Source: Phaeosaccion multiseriatum (lineage: Eukaryota > Protista > Ochrophyta, other classes). From it: a stretch of 64,000 nt of DNA. The position numbers and the translations under genes were made by a program. This document shows positions 1 through 12,875 of this stretch, one piece after another; within the stretch, counting starts at the first letter, position 1; each line of letters starts with the position of its first letter. The notes under the pieces were generated by a model. The model ran no database searches and had not been told where the DNA came from. It was given only the letters and a program-made list of their open reading frames with translations. The stretch covers positions 186,001-250,000 of the forward strand of contig OZ218965.1 of NCBI GenBank assembly GCA_965112735.1, read 5' to 3'.

Positions 1-3000
1 AGGCGAGAGGAAAAGACCCTCTCCACAAGGAGTGCCGAATGGCCAACAACGAGGGCACAAACCTGAAGGAGCAGTAGCTCTTGCCGAACACCACGACGTC
101 GTTCTTGGCCACTTGCTCCTTCAGCCACCACCGCCATGTGGCCGGGTCCTGACACCAACCAGCGTTTTCACAGAGCAGAAACAAGTGTATGGGCATGAGA
201 GAGCTGACACCAGCACCACCAAGAGGACTTTGGTCAACCTCCCTCCCGAGCAGCACGTGCTGAGAACGTTCCTCGAGGACATCACCCTCCCCTGAGAATG
301 TTCTGCGAGGACACCCCCCTCCCCCACAACACCCTGGTGCTGACTGTGGTGGACTGTGGTGGTGACTGTGGGCATCCCTTCGTAGCTACTGGGGGCCATG
401 GCCAGACAGTCATTAGCTTATTGCGCTGTACCACTCCTCACCTGATCGAGCTCCGCGAGTGTGGCAAATCGGTCCGAAATCTCCTCCCAGCTGCCCCTCT
501 CGTTCATCACCCACTGCCGCGAGAGGAAGACGGTGGACACACACAAGACACGGGCCGTGAGGAGGGGGAGAGAGAAAGAGAGAGAAAGGGAGGGGGGGGG
601 GTGGGGGGGGGTTATTATGACGGTACTGAGGAACTGAGGGACTGACTGACTGACTGCCTGACTGACTGACTGACTGACTGCCTGCCTGACTGACTGCCTG
701 CCTGACTGACTGACTGACTGATTGACTGACCCCTCTCGCGGCGCCCCCCCCCGCACCTGTCTGCCTGCGCTCTGCCGTGTGTCGCTGCCCGGCTGGCTGC
801 TCTGGTCTGTACTCTGGTCTGGGCTCTCGCTCTCCATGTACTTGACGAGCTTGGGGCCCGAGGTGGACGTGTCCTTATTCTCCGAGTTCTCGATCCACGC
901 CACGAAGTCCACCTGCGCATGCACACACACACACCCACACACACCCACACACACACACACACACACACGTGCCCGCGGGCGCGACATTCGGCAGTGGAGC
1001 GACAGAGACATACGTCATGAAACGCCATGGCAGGAAGGGTCATGGCGGTAAGAGCTTTGGCGGGAAGGGCTTCGGCGGGAAGGGCTCACGCTCCCCCTAG
1101 TGCTTATCACTCCTCGATGGCCCAACCTGTGTATGCCCAACCTGTGTACGCCCAACCTGTGTATGCCCAAACAACCCCACCCGTGCATGGCCCTGCCCGC
1201 CCCGCTGCTGCCGACAGTTTCACTCACCTTGTGCATGAGCTTCTCTACGGTGAGGGGCACCTTCTGCAGCGAGTCCTCGATCTCCTCCTCGGGCACGAAA
1301 CGGCCCGTCTGCTCGCCGCGCTCCTTAGCCCTTCGAAACACACACTCGCGGTCGGCGAACACGTAGAGAATGGCGATGCGGTAGTGGGGGCGCTTCAAGC
1401 GGATCTGTCGGAACACGATCTGCGCGGGCACAAATACACACACACATACACACACACAGTCAGAAGGGGCCAATGTGCTTCTGTCTGCAGATGGACGGCT
1501 CTCTCTATCTCTTTCTGTGTGTGTGTGTCCGTCTGTCTCTCGCCCTGCGGCGAGGTGAGTGCGCAGCCCTCATCCGTGGCGACCCCACACACGCACGCAC
1601 GCACGCACCTCATACCACTCTGCATCCCTTAGGCTGCCATCGACCCACACGTTCTTCTGCCTCTCCATGGCAACCTCCTGCGCAGACAGGGGGGGGGAGC
1701 ACGCACGAGGCAGGGGGTAGAGAGCGGCAATGTCAATGTCAATGTCAATGTCAATGTCAATGTCAATGTCAATGTCAATGGCAATGTCAATGTCAATGTC
1801 ACGGGGTCAAGCTTGGGGTCAGCGGCTACAGTGCAAGGTGTCAGGACAGGGAGGGCGTGTCACTGACTACTCACTGAGCTGGCTGACGAACCTATTGACA
1901 GGTTGAATCACTGACTGACTGACTGACTGACTGGGGAACTGGCTGACTCACTGGCCGACCGACCGACTGACTGACTGACTGACTGACTGACTGACTGACT
2001 GACCTGTGCAATTTCGATCATGAAGCCGCTCTCGAGCCTAGTCCTGTTGCCGGCCTCGTTGGGGCACGTCTTGAGGTAAAGCTTCCACTCGGGAAACGAC
2101 ATCTTGAGCATGTCGGGGTCCAGCTGAGGACAGGAGGGGGGGGAGGGCAGGGGCGTTGGGGGGTCAGAGAGGGAGGATGGCAGTGGATGACAGTGGATGG
2201 CAGTGAATGGCTCTTGCAGATGGGGACAGAAGTGTGACAACCCAAAAGACAAAAGCTCCCTCCCTTCTGTGGTCATCGGCTGCTTTCCCTTGGGCATCAC
2301 TGTGTGGATCTTTCGAGGCAGGTTTCCAGGCCTGCTGGGCATGCCCTATAACTTATGGCGAGTACACCGCCTCCTCACGGCTTGTACCCCGCCCCTGGTG
2401 CCGCTCCTTCCCTCTCCTCTCGTATCCCTCGCCTCTGTCCCTCAATCTCAAACATCCCTCTCCTTTCCTCTCCTCTCCTCTCCTTTCCCTCACCCTCTCC
2501 CTCATCCTCTGCTCCTCCTCCCTCAAACTCAAACTCCCCTCTTCTCTCCTCGTCCGTCCCCCCCCACGCCCCTCTCTGTGTATGCGTCTGTCTCTCTAAG
2601 GGCCGCACCTGCACCATGTCTGCAGAGAGGAGGGTAAAGGCAACATGAAAGAGGCAAAATGCACACACAGGAGGGGCAAAGCAAGGGTGTGGGTGAGAGA
2701 GAGATAGAGACAAGCGAGCGAGAGACAGACGGACAGCGAGCGACAGAGAGACAGACGGACAGCGAGCGACAGAGAGACAGAGACACCGACAGCGAGTGAG
2801 AGAGACGGCGAGCGCATACTGTTGGAGGACCACCCCAAAAACAGAGACAGAGACAAAGACTCCATCATGACACCACCCCACCCCCTCCCCGCCTCTCCCC
2901 TGACCACCCCACCCACCTGGCACGGGGAAGTGCCTCTGCTCGGACAGCCACCCGATGGTGTGCCCCTTGCCAGCACCCATGGCACCCGCCGTGAAGATGA

Positions 3001-4102
3001 TCCACGGCTTGGCCTTGGGCTGCGCCATGTTCACCAAGTTGTCGATCAGCGTGTCCTGCATCCAGGCATATGGGCAGGCGTATAATGGGTGAGAGAGGTA
3101 GGCAGACAGGCATATGGGCGAGAGAGGATGAGAAAGAGAGGGGTGAGGCGGTGCCGGCTTTTCTCCCGGCGAGCGGGTCCACACCACTGCAGACTCTTAC
3201 TGCCTGTGACTGGGCTACACTCCCCTGTCTACCATGCGCAGTCATACGGGCTCACTGACCTGGAAGTACTGCCTCTCCTTGGTGTAGTTGCCGTGGTAGG
3301 CGAAGTCGAGCTGCTTGCGTACGTGCGCGTACTTGCCAAACACGCTCTGCCCCTTGGCCCCGTAGTTCTCCTGCGTGCTCTTGGCGCAGTCGAAGGTGGG
3401 GGGGATCTCCCACTCCGTCATCTTCATGTTGTCTGTGTAGAGCCAGCGCCGCCGCTGCCGCCCAAGCTGGGGTGCAGCACCAGAGGGGGGGGAGGGGGGA
3501 GGAGGTGAGGGAGGAGGAGGAAAAGGAGGGGGTGTTGGCGAGCCAAGCCGAATTGGATCGCTACGCGCGACGCGGACCATCGAGCGCTATCGATACAAAA
3601 GACACGAGCGTGGGCTCTATAGTCTGCCCGACGGGTAGTTAGCCCCTTACACGATACAAAAGACACGAGCGTGGGCTCTATAGTCTGCCCGACGGGTAGT
3701 TAGCCCCTTACAACGCCACCGCTTGACCTGCACACACACCTGCTGCTTGTGGTGTCTCCGGTAGGACCTCTCCTGCAGATTGAAGCCCTCCACGGTCCAG
3801 CCCCTCTCGAGCATCCGCATGGGCACGCCCATGTCCTCATCTCCGCTCAGGGCCCCGTCTGTGTTGGCTGCACTCGCGCTGCCCAGCTCGTCCGAGTCTG
3901 CACGGTCATCTCTTAACCACGAGTCGCAACGGAATGACACAGACCTCTGCAAGGGCTCCACCTCCCCCCCCTCGCATCGGAGGGCCCTCTGTTCCTCCAA
4001 CCTCTGCTCTTCCTCCAACAGTTCTGCCTCGCAGTCCGATCTCGCTCTGTCCCGGAGCAGTTCCGCCTGCGCGCGTCTCATTCTCTCGGGAAGGAGACGC
4101 AT
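1..4102 (-). CDS. Zeta-toxin-like P-loop kinase fused to C-terminal glutaredoxin (spliced; 3' end lies beyond the left edge)
   Basis: GT-AG exons on minus: ~4102-3740, 3466-3260, 3055-2917, 2619-2609, 2123-2004, 1677-1609, 1419-1228, 912-757, 513-442, 148-63. They join in frame to give the Walker A PWIIFTAGAMGAGKGHT, then VQLDPDMLK, VWVDGSLRD and RAKERGEQTGRFVP (zeta-toxin-family hallmarks), then KNDVVVFGKSYCSF (glutaredoxin start). Start codon uncertain. Confidence 0.8.
1728..1801. repeat. (ATGTCA)n intronic hexanucleotide microsatellite; seen as (TGACAT)n at ~28022, ~42564, ~55680 in the inverted copies
   Basis: Directly visible tandem repeat. Confidence 0.95.
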
Positions 4103-4666
4103 TCAAGCTCACCAAGGGTTTTCCATCTGCCTCTGCCCTTCCTTCCCCTCCCTTCTCCCCCCTAGGCGGCTCCAACCCTGGGGTCTTGGCCGTCTTCTCG
4201 TCATGCTCCTGAAAGAGAAAAGCGGGCCATTATACACAAAATGCTCTGTTTCTCGCCCTCTACTCGGCCCTCCTCTCTGTGCGCTCCTCCTTCAAAGCTC
4301 CGACGTAGGCCCCCTTTCGAACGACTCGTCTCTAACGACCAGCCGAAGACAAATAGTGCAAGCGAGAAGGAAGAAAGGCGCAATTGTATGTCCATACCGT
4401 GCTGGAAACCATGTAATCGGTATTAGAAATCGATGTGCAATATCGAACACGTTTGCCACACAATCAGCACAAGGCCCCAGCACCATTTGATAAATCCATC
4501 CAACAAATACCCCTCTACCTCTCCCTCCTTCTCTAGTCCACGCTCTCTCTTGACCTTCTCACGTGGTGTGCTCGCGGCGTGTCTGGAGGAGCCCTCTCTC
4601 TTGGGTCGAAAAGTGTGGTTCTGAGGCGTCAAACCCTTCAGGCGCGTGGTTGGCGAGCAAGGAGGG

Positions 4667-5313
4667 ATGGACGCGACGGAGGAGATGGCGCAGGAAGCGC
4701 AGCAGGAGACCACGCAGCAGCAGGAGACCGCGTCCGACTTCTTTGAAAGCATTAAGACGTCTCTACCACGTAAGAATGCCACAGCTCCAGGGCAACTGTC
4801 GCTGGCCTCTCCACACTCAGGCGTGTCTGTCTCCCCCTCCCTCACTCTCCCTCTGTGTCTGTCTTGGCTCACCATTTCTCTGGTTTGAAGTCTCTCCCTC
4901 CTCCTTCTCAGTGTGTGTTCCTCTGTGCCTTCCTCCATGGTTCGTGCTCTCTCTCTCTCTCTCTTTCTCTCCCTCTCTCTCTCTGTCTGGCTCTGACTTG
5001 AAATCCCTTCTCCTTCTAGTATGAGGCCCTCTATGCCTTCCTCCATAGTTCGTGTAGGGGAGGAAAGGGTGGTGTCCGCTCACCCCCCGGTGCGATCGAT
5101 CAGTCTTTCCTACTCCAGCACTCCCACCTGAGTGTCTTTCCCCCCTCCTCCACCCTCATTCCTCCCTCTCACTCCCCCACTCTCTCTCTCTAGGGCTGGA
5201 CATCTTTGACCCCAGCGTGTTCAACATGCCCATGCTCATTGGGGCGGTGGTGGTGTGCGGCATGACGGCCTTTCTGCTCTATCGGGTACGCGGAAGGGTG
5301 TAAGGGTGGACGG

Positions 5314-5344
<31 letters not shown>

Positions 5345-7074
5345 TGTGCGTTGTGCCGATGTGTGTGTGTGTGTGTGTGTGTGTTGTGCCGGTGTGCGAG
5401 GGGAGGGGGGGGTAGGGTGGGGGCGGGTGCTCTCTGTGTGGCGCTGTCCTAGCAAGTGTCGCGACACGTACGTGTTTGTCGCGTCCGTGAGTCCGTGAGT
5501 CCGTGAGTCCGTGTCCCTCCTCTCCTGACCCCATACCCATACACCCCTCTCTCTCGGTCTCTCTCCCCTCCCCCCCCCTCCCCCACAGATGTTCGTAAAG
5601 AACGTGGTGGGTGAGGACAACTTCCTGCGGTCCCTCGGAGTGTCCTATTGCGACTTTGACATGCCCGACGAGATCGACGAGTACTACGACCTCCTCGTAA
5701 GTCAACACCCCAGGGGGGAGGGATGGGGGCAGTTGGAGTGCCAGTGTGTTGTGTCTGTCGCATGGGAAAGGGAGGGGTGTTCATGTGCTTTGGGGGCTGT
5801 GACGTCAGGGGAGGACGCGAAGGTTTGGGATGCGCTGCCCCCACCCCCTCCATGCCGCCCAGCGGGAAGGAAGGAAGGAAGGAAGGAAGCTGTGCTGACG
5901 GGCCTGACCCCACCCCACCCCACCCTTCCCTGTCGCTGCTCGCCTGCTCGCCCATACGCCTGCCTATCCCCTGTCATGCCCTGCCCATATACCTCTGCCC
6001 TGCCGTGCTCAGGACTCGGGCGAGGAGGACCCAGTGGCCATCCGCAAGGCGTTGCTCAAGAGGGCCATCGCAGACATCCCGCTCATCATGCGCATGGAGA
6101 ACGAGGGACCGGGCATGAACAACATGTACCAGCAGGTACGGAGGGAGGAGGGAGGAGGGGGGCAAGTCAGGGAGTGGGGCAGGGAGTGGTTGTGTGCGTG
6201 TGTGCGTGTGTGTGTGTGTGCGTGAGTGCGTGCGTGCGTGGGTTGGTTGGTGGATGGGCACCCGCTGGTGGGGCGGCTCCGTTCCGCCCCTCAGAAGGAA
6301 GGAAGGAAGGAAGGAAGGAAGGATGAGTGCTTTGGCTTGGCCTTGCCTTGTCAGCCCTGTGCCATGTGCCTGGCGTATCACCAACTCGCTCGCTTGCGTG
6401 TGCGTGTGCGTGTGCGTGTGCAGGCCATGATCGGCGACAAGGAGTGGCACGCCTTCCAAGCGGCCGAGCAGGCCATCATGGCAGAGATCGAGAGCGTGCA
6501 GGTGGGTATCGGATCTGTGTGGAGATGAGATGGCACCCCACGGGTAAATGAATCAATGACTGAGTTGAGCTGAGGGCGAGAGAGAGAGGGAGGGCGACAG
6601 AGAGAGCACTGCGGGGAGGCATCAGCTCGGCAGTCGCTTAACGAGAGGGGTCCACTGATGCCGTGGAGTGCCATCCCCCGCTCAACCCTCTCCCTTAAGC
6701 TCTCCCTCACCTTTCTTCTTTCTTCTTTCCCCTCTCCCGGCCCTGCACTTTCAGGAGGAGGCAGATGAGCTGCAGCCAGGCCTTTCGCATGAGATTTGGT
6801 CCCAAGCAATGCGCCTCCGTCAAGCACTCAAGGAGAGGCAGCTCAGGGAGGAGCAGGCCAAGGAGCTGTTGGCCCAGGCCCAAGCGGGGAAGGCCCAGGG
6901 GGGTGCGCAGTCACAAGCGGCGGGGCAGAAGCAAGCACCGGCACCGCAGCAGGACAAGAAGAACGGAGACGCGAGCACGAATGGGAATGGGGCGGTGGCG
7001 GCAGCGGTGGCGGTGGCCAAGAAGGAGAAGGAGACGAGCGGGAATGCGGCAGTTGAGATGGAGCCCATAGACTG
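4667..7074 (+). CDS. SEC66: Sec66/Sec71-like ER translocon (Sec62/63 complex) subunit
   Basis: Exons 4667-4769, 5194-5285, 5589-5696, 6013-6135, 6424-6501, 6755-7074. One N-terminal TM helix (MLIGAVVVCGMTAFLLY), then RKALLKRAIADI...MYQQAMIGDKEWHAF...EEADELQPG, matching the Sec66 pattern as I recall it (ALL.R...LY..G.IG.D.W..F...EAE.LQPG). Confidence 0.75.
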
Positions 7075-8469
7075 AGCGAGCGCACACCCTTCTCCTGCCA
7101 GGGGGGGGAGGTGTAAGGGCATATGGGCACGGCCAGTGGCCAATGAGGAGAGCCGCAGCGCACTTTAGTTTGTTTTGGGCCTTGCCATTTGTGAGCGGCT
7201 TGAGAGAGGACTCAGTCCTCACTCACTCACTCACTCACTCACTCACGCTGGTGCGATGCGGTGCGGTGTGCGCAGAGGGGGCACTTCTGCGTGGTTACCC
7301 TCCCCCCCCGGCGTCATGGACATGTACAGAAAGCGGGCCCCGTTAGCGTAGATAGATAGAGAGAGAGACAGCAAGCAGCAAGCAAAGCTAAGCTAAGCAC
7401 AGCTGTTTTTATTTATTTTTATTCTGTCTCAGCTGCTGCCCATCTCCACATTTCCACTTTCCAACTGTAGGCCGCCGCTCTTGCCCCCTAGACCAGTTGG
7501 TGATACAGCCAGAGCCTCGCCGCCATCTCGAGGCCCGCCCACAAGTGGAGTGTCGCGGTTGGACACTTCACACTTCACAAGTCAGGACGCCGATTGCTCC
7601 GTCCCCTCGGGTAGGTCCCTCCTGCCCCACCGGGGAAGGGGCGCCTAAGGGCTCCTCGCCCCTTCCGCCCCCCTTGTGCGGCGGTGTCAGGACCCGACGG
7701 CGGGGTGCTCCTCTCAACCTTCCTCCCGTGCAAACACGTGTTGGCACCTCCGGACATGCTCGTCCCTCTCAACGAGTGATGCTGCGCACCTCCATACTCG
7801 TCCCTCTCAACGAGTGATGAGTGATGCTCAATGAGTGATGAGTGATGCTCAATGAGTGATGCGCAATGAGTGCTGCTCAATGAGTGATGCTCAATGAGTG
7901 ATGCTCAATGAGTGAAGCTGCGCACCTGCAATCATGTCCGATGGACGACGCAAGTCTCCGCCCGACCGGCGCAGGATTGACTGACTGCTGCTGCTGACTG
8001 CTGCTCCTGCTGACTGCTGCTCCTGCTGACTGTTGACTGACTGCTGCTGCTGACTGTGGCTATGCCTCGGCGGTGCCTTGCCTTGCCTTGCCTTGCCTTG
8101 GCTGAGAGCTGAACCGCTGAGGCTGGCGGATGACACCTCAGCTCAGCCCCCGGGGGGCGTCTGGATTGGGAGGTGTCAGGACAGGGAGGCTTGAGGACAG
8201 CCACATAGCAGCCCCTACAGTCGCCCTTCTCGTTGTATCACCAACTGCTGCTCCTCCTCTGCTGTTGGCTGCTGCTGCTGCTTGCGCCGTACTGCTGCTG
8301 CTACTGCTGCTGCCGGACCGGCGAGAGCTACGGAGGCAGTGCTCGCCTCGTTTGCCCTCCGAAAAGCCCTACTCTACTTTTCTCTACTCCTTTTCGGATG
8401 CCCCCCCCCACCCCACCCTACCCCACCCCAGAGCCAGGCTGAGCCCAAGGAGTAGCAGCGTGGCACTGC

Positions 8470-8815
8470 CGTGTGCCCATATGCCGTGTGCCCACATGCC
8501 CTCTGCCCATATGACCTGTGCCCATATGCCTGCCCATATGGCCTACACACCCATATGCCCTGTGCCCATATGCCCTGTGCCCATATGGCCTACACCCATA
8601 TGCCCTGTGCCCATATGCCCTGTGCCCATATGCCTGCCCATATGCCTCTGCCCATATGCCTGCCCATATGCCTCTGCCCATATGCCCTGTGCCCATATGC
8701 CCTGTGCCCATATGCCCTGTGCCCATATGCCTGTCCATATGGCTGCCCATATGGCCTACACCCATATGCCCTGTGCCCGTATGCCCTGTGCCCATATGCC
8801 CAGTGTCCATATGCC
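8470..8815. repeat. CCCATATG-core minisatellite; same family in reverse at 62604-62983
   Basis: Tandem 12-15-bp units (GCCCATATGCCCTGT / GCCCATATGCCT). Confidence 0.95.
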
Positions 8816-8822
8816 GACACGG

Positions 8823-9796
8823 TTAGAGTGGCAGGCGGTCGAAGTCAATGTAGGGCTCGTAGTGCTTGACGGCAAGCGCCGCCCGCACCATATCCTCCTT
8901 GTGCAGCTGGGGTAAGTCAGTGAAGCCGGGGTAAGGCAGTGAAGGTAAGTAAGTCAGTGACGCAAGGGACAGAGAAGTTAGGGGAGGGTTGGGTTATGTC
9001 AGTGAATCACTCACCTTGGGTGTGTAGGAGCGGATGGCGTCCATGGTTTTGAAGGTGCTCACTCGTGAGTGCAGCACGGGCAGGTCAGCATAAGTCAGTA
9101 AATCCAGCACGTAGTCCAGCGTGCGGGAGGATGTGCCGCTCAGCACCAAGGCGCCGGTGAATTGCTGACCCTGTTAGGATGGCAGTGGATGGGGGGGGGG
9201 GGGGGGCAAGGGCTCACTCAGCGTTCGGGTGTGTGTTTCGTTCCGGCACAGAGTGTCTCTGTCTCTCTCTCTCTGTCTGTCTGTCCGTCCGTCTGTCTCT
9301 CTGTCTGTCTGTCTGTCTGCCTGCCTGTCTGTCTGTCTGTCTGCCACTCCTCTCTAGGTGGTGATGGTGATGGTGATGGTGGTGGTGATGGTGGTGATGG
9401 TGGTGATGGCGGTGCGTATCAAGATGAGAGGAGACATGTCATCTGAGGCCGAAACGGCAGAGAAAGGGGCGGCCCATGCACCCACGCACCCACACCCCCA
9501 CGCACCCCCATCCTCCCTTACTCACGTCAAGCTTGACCTTCTGTGCGTGAGCGAGGAAGCCGAGGATGATGTCCGTTCTGGAGCAGTGCGTCACCACAAG
9601 AGGGCCCTCCACCTCCTGCAGCTTACGGAGGAACATGTCCAGCCGCTGCATGACAGGAGATGGCAGTGGATGCCGGGCAGGGGGTGGGAGTGCGTGGCAG
9701 GGCATAGCAATAAGGGGGGGGGGGGGGAGGAGTGGGCAGACATGGAGGGATGGTGGATCAGGGTGGATGGCAGCAGAGGCCACGAACAAGCACCCA

Positions 9797-9846
<50 letters not shown>

Positions 9847-12800
9847 GACCACACGCGCCCTGAGGGCCACCAACTAGGATCAATGACACATCACAGCATC
9901 ACAGATAACAAGACAAGAAAGAAGATTCGAATCCCCTCCCCCCCATCCAGTGCCATCCGCCCCCCTCACCGTGGCCACCATGAGGGTGTGATCAACGCTG
10001 TAGTGCTTGGTCTTGCGGAAGGATACCGTGCCCATAACCTTGGGGGGAGGGGGGGGGAGGGACACACACACACAGAGAGAGAGAGAGAGGAGGGGAGAGA
10101 GAGAGGAAGTGTAGGAGAGAGGAGGGGAGAGAAACAGTTGGGACACACACACACAGAGAGAGAGAGGAGGAGGGAGATAGACTGAGAGGGGAGAGGAGGG
10201 GAGAGAGCGTTGGGGGAGGGGGAGGACGCCGTGCCGGACACCAACCTTGGTGCCGAAGATCTTCTCCAAGTCATGCAGGGAGGGGCGGCCCAGGTACGGC
10301 TCGTCAGGCACCACGCCTATGGCAGTGGATGGCAGTGGATGGGGGGGGGGGGGGTGAGGGGGGGGTGGAGGAGGATAGGGGAGAGGGAAGAGAGAGAGAC
10401 GGAGAGAGAAGAGAGGGAGAAAGAGTAGACAGAGGAAGAGGAAAGAAAATGGTCCAGAGAGAGAGAGCGAACACACACACAGAGAGAGACAGAGAGAGAG
10501 AAGAGAGATATATATATATATAGAGAGAGAGAGACCCTGTAACTGTAAAAGGTCGTACCTAGCACGGGCACTCCATCCCATCTTTTGATGAGCTTCTCCG
10601 TGTACTCCGTCACCATGTCCAGCTTGGCAGGCAGCACCTGGTGTCAGGTATCAGGTGTCAGGTGTCAGGTATCAGGTGTCAGGTGTCAGGTATCATGTGT
10701 CAGGTGTCAGGTGTCAGGTGTCAGGTGTCAGGTGTCAGGTATCAGGTGTCAGGTGTCAGGTATCAGGTGTCAGGTGTCAGGTGGTAGGTGTAAGGTGGTA
10801 GGTGTGAGGTGTGAGGTAACAGGTGTGAGGTGTGAGGTGTGAGGTATCAGGTGTGAGGTATCAGGTGTCAGGTGTCAGGTGTGAAATGTAAGGAGTGAGG
10901 TGCGACAAGGGGGGGTCAGGGGGGGGGTAGTTGGTGTCAGCAGGGGTTCGTGAGGGTCCTGACACCTTGTGCAGTACTGTAGATATACTGTACCTTGTTG
11001 AAGATGACCCCGGCGATGGGCACGCCGTACGCGTCCATCGTGCAGCTGGGGACACGCACGCACACACGGACATGAGGGAGCGGAAATGAGAGGGAATGAG
11101 AGGGAATGAGTGTGAGTATGCGGTGTCGATGAGCATATGAGAGGGGCAGAGACAGGCAGGCGTATGGGCAGGCAGGCAGGCAGGCAGGCCGACAGGCAGG
11201 TAGGCAGGCAGACAGGCAGGCAGACAGGCAGGCAGACAGGCAGGCAGACAGGCAAGCAGGCAGGCCGACAGGCAAGCAGGTAGGCAACTCAGGACATTCC
11301 GTGGACATTCCGTGGATACGACAGGCTGCTATCACCGTAAGTTTTCTTAGGTGATTCCTATTAAGTCAATCAAACTCTAAACCTCCCTCTGATGGTCCGA
11401 GTGGGAGTGCGTCAGACATATACATACATAAGTGCGTCAGACGAGTGCGTCAGAGCACGTACCGATTCAGCTCGAGTTCGTCGAAAGCCGAGCCGAGCCC
11501 CCCCGGGGTGACCATGATCATTCCGCAGCCGAGCTCCTTGGCCACCTGCGCATTGTTCAAGTTCACCACGCTGCCCACGGCCTGTGTGTGCCATACAGGC
11601 ATACGGGCGTATCACAGACCATCACAGGCATATGGGCAGGCCGAGTAGGAGAGATTAGAATGGGGTGGAGCGGCGTGAGTGCGTGCCCCCATCCCGCGGA
11701 TAGAGCCTCTCCTCCTCTTCCTCGCCCGGTGCCCTCCCTCCAGTGCTATCCAGCGCCATCCAGTGCCCATCCAGTGCCATCCAGTGCCATCCCGCCTCAC
11801 CGTGTGCCCAGTGCCCTCCAGCACCACCGCGTCGCACTCCTTCTCCACGTTGGTGATACTCTGGTGCAGCGCCTCCAGCTGCTGCTCGCGCGCTATCTGG
11901 GGAGGGGGGAGGGGGGGGGTAGAGGGCAAGGGTAGCCGGGGAAGAGGAGGATTATAGGAATCAGCCTAAGAATTACGCATGTGTGTGTGCCTGTGTCTGT
12001 GTGCGTGTCTGGGGCAGAGGAGGGAGGGGGGGGGGGCGGCCTCAAGGACAGAAAGCGAATCGAAAGCCTACAATTCAAAATCATTGACTAGGGTACAAAC
12101 AGGGCAACACTTTGGTCGCCAATCAATCCCCCCTCCGCCTCCCTCGCCCATCCACTGCCATAGACCTCCCTCCCATGCACTGCTCGCCCCACCTTCCCGT
12201 CGATGAAGTCCCTCGTGTACCCCCTGGGGATGAGCACGGGCGACATGTCCTCGTACTTCGTGGTCAGCTTGAAGAACTCCTTCATCAGGGACACGTCCTG
12301 GCATACACACACACACATACACACACATATACGCAGTGGAGAAAGCGCATGAAGCGATCGAGACGCGGCCTTCACAAACAAGCACGCACAGAGAGAGAGA
12401 AACACACACGCACACACACGAACGCACACGAACACACTCACACGCACAGAAAGAGAGAGAGAGACGCGCGCACACACAAATGGAGAGAGAGAGACGCACA
12501 CACGCACACACACCTTGTCCACTTTGACGCCGTCCACGACCTCGTGCTGCTGCCCCACGGGCTTGATGAAGCCCACCTTGCCGTACCTCTTCTGCAGGCC
12601 TGACGGTTAGTTAGGAATGAACAGGAGAATGAGGAGGGGGGGGAGGGCGATACGTGGCATCGCACCGTGGACCCGTTGAGGAAGGAAAGGGAGTGGGCGA
12701 GGAGTGAGGCCGAAGCAGATCTACAGAGGATTCTTACGGGAAGAAAAGCATCAACTTCCTTCGCCTTCCTCCCTTCCTCCCGGTGGGTCCCCTTACCGCT

Positions 12801-12875
12801 CATGAGCGCCAGTGAGACAGTGGTCTTCCCCACATGCTGCCGCGTGGCAGCTACGAACAGGCGCTGTGCTCCCAT
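8823..12875 (-). CDS. Stand-alone phosphotransacetylase-N-terminal-like protein (BioD/CobQ-like AAA_26 P-loop + DRTGG-like domain)
   Basis: Spliced translation: MGAQRLFVAATRQHVGKTTVSLALMSG...KVGFIKPVGQQH...DAVVLEGTGHTAVGSVVNLNNAQVAKELG...GGLGSAFDELELN...IAGVIFNKV...VVTHCSRTDIILG...HYEPYIDFDRLPL*. Stop TAA at 8825-8823; about 12 GT-AG exons. Confidence 0.8.
10640..10882. repeat. (GGTGTCA)n-type heptanucleotide intronic microsatellite
   Basis: Directly visible tandem repeat. Confidence 0.95.

Noticed and set aside
1-4102. Bacterial epsilon/zeta toxin-antitoxin module or contamination
   Set aside because: The gene has at least 10 spliceosomal exons with host-type microsatellite introns, and no antitoxin is present.
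8130-8915. Cys/Pro/His-rich repeat proteins in the ORF track (also 16736-17458, 26422-26922, 57282-57896, 62277-63426)
   Set aside because: Translations of intronic or intergenic mini- and microsatellites, open in several frames.
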